A stretch of 64,000 bases of DNA from Eledone cirrhosa (Eukaryota), in contig OZ024759.1 of NCBI GenBank assembly GCA_964016885.1, forward strand, positions 16,182,001-16,246,000, written 5' to 3'. The position numbers and the translations under genes were made by a program. Positions 55,721 to 64,000 of this stretch are shown piece by piece. A model generated the notes under the pieces. It did not search any database, was not told where the DNA came from, and saw only the letters and a list, made by a program, of their open reading frames with translations. Within the stretch, counting starts at the first letter, position 1, and each line of letters opens with the position of its first letter.

Positions 55721-56408
55721 GTGGTTTTCTGGAGATTTTTAAGTATTTAATAGAAGAAAAAAATGTTTGTTTTTATTTATTTTAATTATAAATGGTTTAA
55801 TGTGAGAGAGAAAAGAAAGTGAAAGAAGGATACAACAGGAGAGAATCCATGATTGATGGTTAATGATTTTATTACATATTGACAGGTAAACAGTGACAGT
55901 GGCGCCAACACGCACATAAATATACTATATATACAAACACACACAAATATATATATATACATACATGCATATGAACATATATATATTTACACTCAAAAAC
56001 ACATAGCTATCATCTGTTTATAACATTTGTACAATATTGTTTACATTTTAAATCCCTTCGTTATGTTATCTTAGCAATGTCTTAAACTTGTAAATGTGAT
56101 TATGGCGAATAAGTTGTTTCTTGATCAAGTTTTATCCATTTATTTATTTTGTTCAATGTATTTTAAACTGGTAACGCGACCAAGTAAAGACTTGGTGTCA
56201 TTTAGTGAAGTAACTTTATAACAGATTAAAATATTGATCAAAGGGAAAGTAATACTGGCTTTCTTCACTATGTATCAAGATTTACTTCCCTTTCACTTGT
56301 TAAATTTCTCCGATTTGACTGCGGCCATGCTGGAACACCACTATAAGGAACGTGATGTACTGTATCATATCGACCTCTTTTTTTATTTGATAATCTTATT
56401 AATTTATC

Positions 56409-56979
56409 AGCATACGTCAAGACGGGCGGTCTCAAAAGTGAAAGTAAATTTATTTTCATTTTCGAACGTCGTGTTTACATTTTGTGTGTGTGTTTAGATC
56501 TAAATTAAGTGTCGTTTTAACTGATTATATATATATGTATATGTGTGTGTAGTTGACGGTTGAGAGAAGAGTACTCAATACCGAAGTAATCTTGTAATGA
56601 GGCTTGCAGAATGGTGAGTCCGCCATTCTAGACGCTGCTGCCTTGCAGAAGTCCCAAATCGAAGCTCTGACACTCTCGTCCCCATCATTCAGCAGGGATT
56701 TTGCCAGGCAGCCGCATCATCTCCGATGGTTGGGCTTCCTATTCGGAAACTGAAGGTGGGATTTACGTTCATGATGTTGTGGTGCACGAACGGAACTTTG
56801 TAGATCCTGCGGACCTTGATGTGCACACACCGCTCATATAGAAGACATGGAGCCGTGCAAAGAAGAAGCTTCGTCGCCAGCATGTTTCGTTTGAACACAC
56901 ACACAAAATGTAAACACGACGTTCGAAAATGAAAATAAATTTACTTTCACTTTTGAGACCGCTCGTCTTGACGTATGCC
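56409..56979 (+). mobile_element. Internally deleted Merlin (IS1595/IS1016-like) DNA transposon
   Basis: ~85-bp TIRs, 8-bp TSD AATTTATC, transposase remnant VPNRSSDTLVPIIQQ-ILPGSRIISDGWASY..VVHERNFVDP..VHT..I*KTWSRAKKKLR at 56630-56889. Confidence 0.9.
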
Positions 56980-58010
56980 AATTTATCGATTGTCTTTTGT
57001 CCAACCGCTATGTTACGTGTTCTAAACAAACGGTTAAACGTAGAGACAGTCTTGTAGAAGTCATTTCTATGTAAAAAGAAATATACCTATACTCTACCTA
57101 CGTATTGAGTACCTTTTTTAACTGTGGTCACCTACCAAATCCCCATCGGGAACTCACCCTTAATTATATATATATGAAATAGATACCAAACACGTTTTTA
57201 CATTAAATGCTGATTTACGAACGTTTCATACCTTGGACATGTCAAAATCAGTTGTTTAAGATTAAAAACCTCATTATAACCTTACCAATACCCTCGACAT
57301 GCTGTGGCCTTTTCCCTCTGGTCAGTTCCTCGTAAAAATAACTGTTTCCATCATCATCATCGTTTAAAGTCTATCTTCCACGTTATTATGGGTTAGGTGG
57401 ATTTGTCCCATTTAGAGGCAGGTTAGGTCACACTGCTCATATAGGACTGTTTCTGGCCGGTTTTCTACGGCTGGATGCCCTTCATAGCACCAACCATATT
57501 TCCAGTGTGATGGGTGCTTTTTGCCGTGACACCATCACGACCAGTTTACAGTGTAGACTGGGGGCTTCACTGGATGCATTTACTTTGGCCGTCCTCATGG
57601 GGATGGGTTGGCACATACTGTATATATGCTTCGGCTTGTGCTCGTGGGAAGTCGGGTGTTCTGTATTTCTGTGTATCGCCAGAGATCTCGGTCCTGTGTC
57701 ATAATAATCCTGGCTGACACATCCTTTTTTTATTTTGTGATTGATACAGCCACCAGTCACGTTGTTTGTCATACATATGTGTATGATTATATATATATGT
57801 TTGTTTACATGTCTCGCTCGCTTTACGCGATTTACTTGTCCCAATAGCTTTATTTAGCTATTGCTCGCACCAACTGGAGGTATATAATTTTTAAAGCGAT
57901 GAAATACCAATGAAGGTTGGAAAATCACTGATGAAGGACTATTTTTATCATATGTAACCCATGTGCCACCACGCAGTATTCATTCTTCTCATGTTTTTAT
58001 CTATATATAT

Positions 58011-58070
<60 letters not shown>

Positions 58071-58189
58071 ATATATATATATGTATATACATATATATAT
58101 ATATATATACACACACACATATATATATATATATACGTACATATATGTATATACATATATATACACACATACACATATATATATATCAT

Positions 58190-58780
58190 CATCATCATCA
58201 TTGTTTAACGTCCATCTTCCATGCTAGCATGGGTTAGGCGGGATTGATAAGGTGACCGTGTCTCGTTCGTACGGAAGTGTCTCTGGCAACTTTTCTATGG
58301 CTGGATGCCCTTCCTAACACTAACCACATTTACAGTGTGTACTGGGAGCCTTTTTACCGTGTCTTGTACACAACCACCTTACAGTGTGGACTAGGTGCCT
58401 TTTGTTGTGTCATTGACACAGTGGAAGGATGGGATAGGGTGTGTGGGATGGGGTGTATATTGGGTTAAGAAGTGCGTATAGTCAGTACGTACTTCTTAAC
58501 CCAATATACACCCCACCCCACACACCCTATCCCATCCTTCTATTTCCGTCCACTGTGTCAATGACACAACAAAAGGCACCTAGTCCACACTGTAAGGTGG
58601 TTGTGTACAAGACATGGTAAAAAGGCTCCCAGTCCACACTGTAAATGTGGTTAGTGTTAGCAAGGGCATCCAGCCATAGAAAAGTTGCCAGAGACACTTC
58701 CGTACACGGTCTCCCGATCAATCCCACCTAACCCATGCTAGCATGGAAGATGGACGTTAAACGATGATGATGATGATATA
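58190..58780. repeat. Inverted duplication (~290-bp arms) of the RTE-A/SINE 3' region
   Basis: Arms mirror around ~58480-58490. Confidence 0.9.
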
Positions 58781-58854
58781 TATATGTGTCCTACTTGAGG
58801 CAAGAATGGTCGGGTGACCATGTCTCGCTCATATGGGACTGTCTGGCATTTAAA

Positions 58855-59638
58855 GTATAAATTCTATAAAATGCACACAATGCAGATCCTGGGTACACAA
58901 GAGATGTAGTGGGATAGCAGGCAAACTAACAGGTAAGGAGAAATATGTATGCAGTAGATGTACAGGGAAATTAGACAGAAGTCACATTGATAGACACATT
59001 TTTCAAATGCAGGAGGGCGCTATAGAAGTGGTGGATAGCTTCCGGTACCTAGGAGATCAGATTAGCATGGGAGGAGGGTGTTCCGAGGCCATAGTATCTA
59101 GAATAAGGACAGGTTGGAAGAAGTTTAGGGAGCTGCTTCCTCTGTTGACGAAGAAGGGTTTCTCACTGCGTACGAAAGGCCGGTTGTATGATGCCTGTGT
59201 GAGGAGCGCGATGCTGCATGGTAGTGAGACATGGGCAGCAACTGCAGAGGATATGCGATGGCTGGAGAGAAATGAGGCAATGCTCCATTGGATGTGCGTG
59301 AACGACCCAGCATAAATGTGTTGAGAGAGAAACTGTCTGAGAGGGATAGAATGTAGTGTACGGGAGAGGAGACTGAGGTGGTATGGACATGTGATGCGCA
59401 TGGAGGATGACTGATGGGTGAAGAAGTGCCAGGAAATGCCAGTTGAAGGAAGACGTGGTAGAGGTAGACCACGAAAAACATGGGCGGAGGTGGTGAGAAC
59501 AGACCTCAGATCATTGAAGCTCACGGTGGAGATGACGAAGGGCTGTGACGAGTGGAGTGATGCTGTGCTGAATAAGACCTGTCCCACCCTTGCAAGCAGG
59601 GAAAAGCGGACGTAAAATGATGATGATGATGATGATGA
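58855..59638 (+). mobile_element. RTE family B, 5'-truncated
   Basis: INSIKCTQC, FRYLG, LHGSETW, GRPRKTW, (GAT)n tail. Confidence 0.93.
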
Positions 59639-60083
59639 TTCTAGATGGGAGTTGTCTTACTTGAGCCAAGAATGGTCAGGTGACCATGTCTCGCTCATAT
59701 GGGACTGTCTGGTATTTATAGTATACATTCTAGATGGGAGTTGTCTTACTTGAGCCAAGAATGGTCAGGTGACCATGTCTCGCTCATATAAGACTGTCTG
59801 GTATTTATAGTATACATTCTAGATGGGAGTTGTTTTACTTGAGCCAAGAATGGTCAGGTGACCATGTCTCGCTCATATAGGACTCTGGCATTTATAGTAT
59901 ACATTCTAGATGGGAGTTGTCCTACTTGAGCCAAGAATGGTCAGGTGACCATGTCTCGCTCATATGGGTCTGTCTGGTATTTATAGTATACATTCTAGAT
60001 GGGAGTTGTCTTACTTGAGCCAAGAATGGTCAGGTGACCATGTCTCGCTCATATGGGACTGTCTGGCATTTATAGTATCCATT
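59639..60083. repeat. 89-bp tandem array (5 units; a further unit at ~58787-58866 is separated by the RTE)
   Basis: Units start at 59641/59730/59819/59906/59995. Confidence 0.92.
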
Positions 60084-60656
60084 CCAGTCTCTACGTGATC
60101 AGGTCAACATTGCTTTTGGTCCTTTTAAGTTCGATAATGAAGAAAATAGTCAAATACTGAAGTTGATTTCTCCTGTCTATCTCTCTATCACTCTCTCACA
60201 CGTCCTCTCTATCACACACACGTGTTCTCCCTCTTTCATACACTTCCTCTCTCACTATCTCTCCCTCCCTCTGACTTCCTCTCTCACACTTCTCTCTTAG
60301 AGTTCCTCTCTCACAATTCTCTCTCTCAGACTTCCTCTCTCACACACCTCTCACTTAGAGTTCCTCTCTCACACTTCTCTCTGTCTCTCTGACTTCCTCA
60401 CTATCACTATCTCTCTCACACACTTCTCCCTCTCTCTCTGACTTCCTCTCTATCACTCCCTCCCTCTCTCTCTCTCACACACTTCCTCTCTCTCTCTTGA
60501 AGAAATCAGTTGTGTTCCAACCTAGTGACAGAAGGAGCTCCGCCAGTTTTCAAAACTCCCTGCGACACACAGTATGTCATGACGGCCACACTCTCCATCA
60601 GGAGTTAGGGTGGCATCATACATGATTGTTCATATAACCAATAATACCGACAAAAA

Positions 60657-61133
60657 ACACCCAGTCCACACTGTAAAGTGGTCATGTAGGAGACAGTAAA
60701 ATGGCTCCCAGTCCACACTGTAAAGTGGTCATGTAGGAGACACAGTAAAAAGGCTCCTAGTCCACACTGTAAAGTAGTCATGGAGGAGACACATTAAAAA
60801 GGCTCCCAGTCCACACTTTAAAGTGGTCATGTAGGAGACACAGTAAAAAGGCTCACAGTCCACACTGTAAAGTGGTCATGTAGGAGACACAGTAAAAAGG
60901 CTCCTAGTCCACACTGTAAAGTAGTCATGTAGGAGAGACGGTGAAAAGGCTCCCAGTCCACACTGTAAAGTATAGTCATGTAGGAGGAGACATAGTAAAA
61001 AGGCTCCTAGTCCACACTGTAAAGTAGTCTTGTAGGAGACAGTAAAAAGGCTGCCAGTCCACACTGTAAAGTGGTCATGTAGGAGACACAGTAAAAAGGC
61101 TCCCAGTCCACACTGTAAAGTGGTCATGTAGGT
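60657..61133. repeat. 47-51-bp tandem array (~10 units) derived from an internal retroposon repeat
   Basis: CCAGTCCACACTGTAAAGTGGTCATGTAGGAGAC; the same motif occurs at 15950-16040. Confidence 0.92.
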
Positions 61134-61439
61134 GTTACAAAGAAATTAAAAACATGATCATTACTTATTTGAACAGTAATACATCATTTTTTAACTAACA
61201 AAACTTCAAATAAGTAACAATTGTGTTTTTAATTTCTTTCTTAGTCTCATATTGGTGATAAAAAAGCATGAACTAATAATGTTTCTACTTTTGGCACAAG
61301 GCCAGCAATTACCCCAGTGCATAACTCGTGCTTTATTTTATCGACCCCATAAGGATGAAAGGCAAAGTTACCCAGAACAACCTGGTTCTGAGATAATCTT
61401 TATTCAAATCTTGGATAATGGCAGGAATTAATTATTATA

Positions 61440-62458
61440 AATATATATATATATAACAGAGGATGTCTGTCTGTGTGTGTAAATCCCTAAAACGCAAAAA
61501 GTACCCGACCAATTTTTTTCAAACTTTGCACATGCGCTACTTATATTTTTAACTTTTTATGCCCTACGACCTGCATTAGGCGAAAAGCCGCATTTTAAAT
61601 GCATTTTTAGGGTATTTTGAAATTTTTCGAAATTTGCAGCACACATTTTTCGATTCCATTAATGGTTTTTAGGAAATTTACGAATTAGCATTGGACATTA
61701 CATGCCATTTTCATTTTCAATATAAACACTACTTAAACATCGTAAGTAGCGTATATTTTGTTAAAAATTTTGTTTATTTAGCAGAGGACAGAATACTTAC
61801 TTACTTTTAAGCAGGACCATTTTCGGGAGATTGAGGAAATGAGGAGGACCTTAAAATTTTTGTCAGGGCTTCGTCCTTTCATCACGTGCAAATCCGGGCC
61901 CTGTGTACGTTGGCGTGTTATTGACACCATAAAACTCACCTCTGTGCTACTTCTACTAAGACCCCTTTTGTTGCACCTACACTGCAGCATGAACAGTGGT
62001 TGTGCTAATTCTGCAGTGACCCCTTTTGTTGCTGTGTAAATGCAGTGCCACCCAGCATTTGTGCTAATTGCACTATGAACTCCCTTCTGCTGCAGCTGTG
62101 TTGCCACGTTGATTTTGTCATCTCAACATCCCTACGTGGTTTTCACACAATGGACTACATCGTTCCTTCAGACTGACATGTCTTCCCCATCCGTGACGTA
62201 ATTCGTGAACAGACTTACAACATACATCGCCCCACAACACCTTCTTAATCCTTTCGCATACAGGATTTCCGCAATCAGCACACTGACACTGTTACTCCTG
62301 GATTCAGCCTGCATATGTTCCACGTTTCCAGTAGATGAACAATCATTCTCCGAGAATAAGGGATTTCAAAAAGTACACAGCAACATTCCTCAATCTTTGC
62401 ATATGCATTTTGCTATTTCACGTTTCCTACCCCGTGCAACTCCGGGTCTTGCTGCTAG
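61440..62458 (+). mobile_element. Non-autonomous Helitron with an unrelated internal segment
   Basis: (TA)n..GTCTGTCTGT 5' region; 3' hairpin CCCGTGCAACTCCGGG then CTAG|T. Confidence 0.75.
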
Positions 62459-62659
62459 TATATATATAATTCGTTTTTGAATTTGTTTTGCAAGATTTCT
62501 TATCTGAAAAAGTGTTGAACAGAGATCGTTATACTTTGGGAGGCTCATGTTGTCAATAAAAACACACACACCTGTTGGTTTTCACTTCAATTTATTATAA
62601 ATTTCCAGTTGGTTGATTGATTCGATAACTGGAAGGACAGAACAAAGGAGAGACAAACC

Positions 62660-62704
62660 TTGTCACTGAGGAAGTCACAGAATGTGACGAAAGAGCTTTG
62701 ACAA
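62660..62704 (+). ncRNA. Complete minimal type I hammerhead ribozyme
   Basis: TTGTCA-CTGAGGAA-GTCACA(gaa)TGTGAC-GAAAGAGCTT-TGACAA; all three stems pair. Confidence 0.85.
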
Positions 62705-62893
62705 TATATATAAACAACCTTCCAGTTATTCAACCAACCAACCAGACATTTATAATAAATTGAAGTGAAGACCAACAGATGTGTGTGTTTTTATTGGCAA
62801 TATGACCCTCCCATAGTATAACTATATATATATATATATATAAATCTGAAATGATGTATCGGAGAAGTCAGGAAAATTAAACCTTGTGCATAT

Positions 62894-62937
62894 CAACCCT
62901 GATGGGACTTGAACACACAATCTTCAGCTCTGAAGGC
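62894..62937 (-). pseudogene. 3' half of a tRNA-Arg-like pseudogene
   Basis: GCCTTCAGAGCTGAAGATTGTGTGTTCAAGTCCCATCAGGGTTG resembles the Arg-TCG/CCG 3' half with CpG decay. Confidence 0.6.
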
Positions 62938-63649
62938 TTATTATTATTATTTTAAAAAATTAAATAGGAAAGCGGGGTCTTTGGAGTGAGGTTACTCGAT
63001 ACAGTAGTGTGTAGTTTGGAGATGAGAGTCAGTCCAGGTAGAGCTGCTACTTCTCCAAATTGAGAAATCACAGCTCCAGTATTATGGGTATGTGGTTAGA
63101 ATGTTTCAGGAAAGAATTGCTGGACATATTTACAGGCAAAACCAACCTACTGGGGACCAAGGGGCAGACCCCAAGCAAGATGGTTGGATAACATCCATGA
63201 GCTTGGGTGATCTCGCTTGGGGATCCAGCAGGATCAATTGGAGACGGAAGTAGTGTTTGAGGACTCTATCTCCATGACCCTCTCAGGAATAAATGGTCGA
63301 AGAAGAAAAAGAAGCAAAAATGTTTCAAATCATATGATTTAATATTAAAGAAAGTTGGTATACAGTAATTTACAGATATTGCCAGAAATGTCATGTTCTC
63401 TGGCGAATATTTACGAAGATAACCAGGACTGCAAGTCTCTGCTTCAGATAAAATATTGAATTATTATTATTTAATATATTTATTATACTTAGATATCAAT
63501 CAATGTTGTAGAATTTGTATACATACATCATATGATGGCTGCCCCCTCGTTATCGAGTATGGCCATTGCACGAAAAAAAAAAAAAAAAACATATATTAAT
63601 AATTAACTGTGCTGCAACCGAATGTGGCTTTTTAGCCAAGCCAATTATC

Positions 63650-64000
63650 TAAAATATCTTGCAGGGTTGGCAACCAAAACATTCACTGGTAACAGCCGGC
63701 TGTGGTTGGACTTCATGTACTTTTGCATGTCGTTTGAGCCCTTCTGCTGATCTACACTCTTTTCCACATGCTTGACAGGTATGATGAGTAGCATCTCTGA
63801 CAGCAGCCTGGTAGGCAACCACTGGTCTCACTTTATTAGAGCGAAGATGACTTTCGAGTCAAGCTTTGCTGAGGCAGAGTCTTGCACAGACGCTGCATGT
63901 CAGCGTCATAGAAGGACCTTTGTTGTCTGGAAATGTAACAGCAATGGCTTTCCTAACATCCCTTTTTACTTTCTCGTATGCGATTCGAGATGCTTCAAAA
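63650..64000 (-). mobile_element. RTE/BovB-like LINE C-terminus with C2H2-like motif
   Basis: FEASRIAYEKVKR...HTCQACGKECRSAEGLKRHAKVH; no TGEKP linkers. Confidence 0.55.

Noticed and set aside
57928-57945. CTGATGAAGGAC as a hammerhead
   Set aside because: Truncated, with no stem II partner or GAAA; counted only as a remnant
62894-62937. TCA anticodon suggesting tRNA-Sec or a suppressor
   Set aside because: 5' half missing and no long variable arm; TCG-to-TCA CpG decay of an Arg tRNA is simpler
63649-63831. Third C2H2 ZNF gene
   Set aside because: Lacks TGEKP linkers; context fits a LINE C-terminal zinc motif

Overview
AT-rich, microsatellite-dense animal DNA. The repeat content and tandem C2H2 genes suggest a coleoid cephalopod such as octopus (inference). 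Genes: (1) a spliced minus-strand CABCOCO1/C10orf107-like ciliary gene that the ORF track does not show, rebuilt from 7 phase-consistent exons (19055 to 8006); (2) two minus-strand poly-C2H2 zinc-finger genes, one a ~13-finger pseudogene and one an intact 7-finger ORF, which share a conserved upstream promoter-like block; (3) a tRNA-Arg(CCT) with a T-stem mismatch and a tRNA-Arg fragment. Most of the rest is mobile DNA: RTE and Vingi-like LINE fragments, two tRNA-derived SINE families, piggyBac, mariner, Merlin, Mutator-like and hAT elements, two non-autonomous Helitrons, a solo LTR and several tandem arrays. The strongest hidden signal is at least a dozen type I hammerhead ribozyme motifs from several unrelated short element families, including dimer-type minimal forms and U3-A8 core covariants. 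These elements sit in (TA)n tracts, often with inverted partial copies, and many share a 3' ACTC...GAGT stem-loop, which points to a diverse Penelope-like/retrozyme-like system. All calls were read by eye; no database searches were run.
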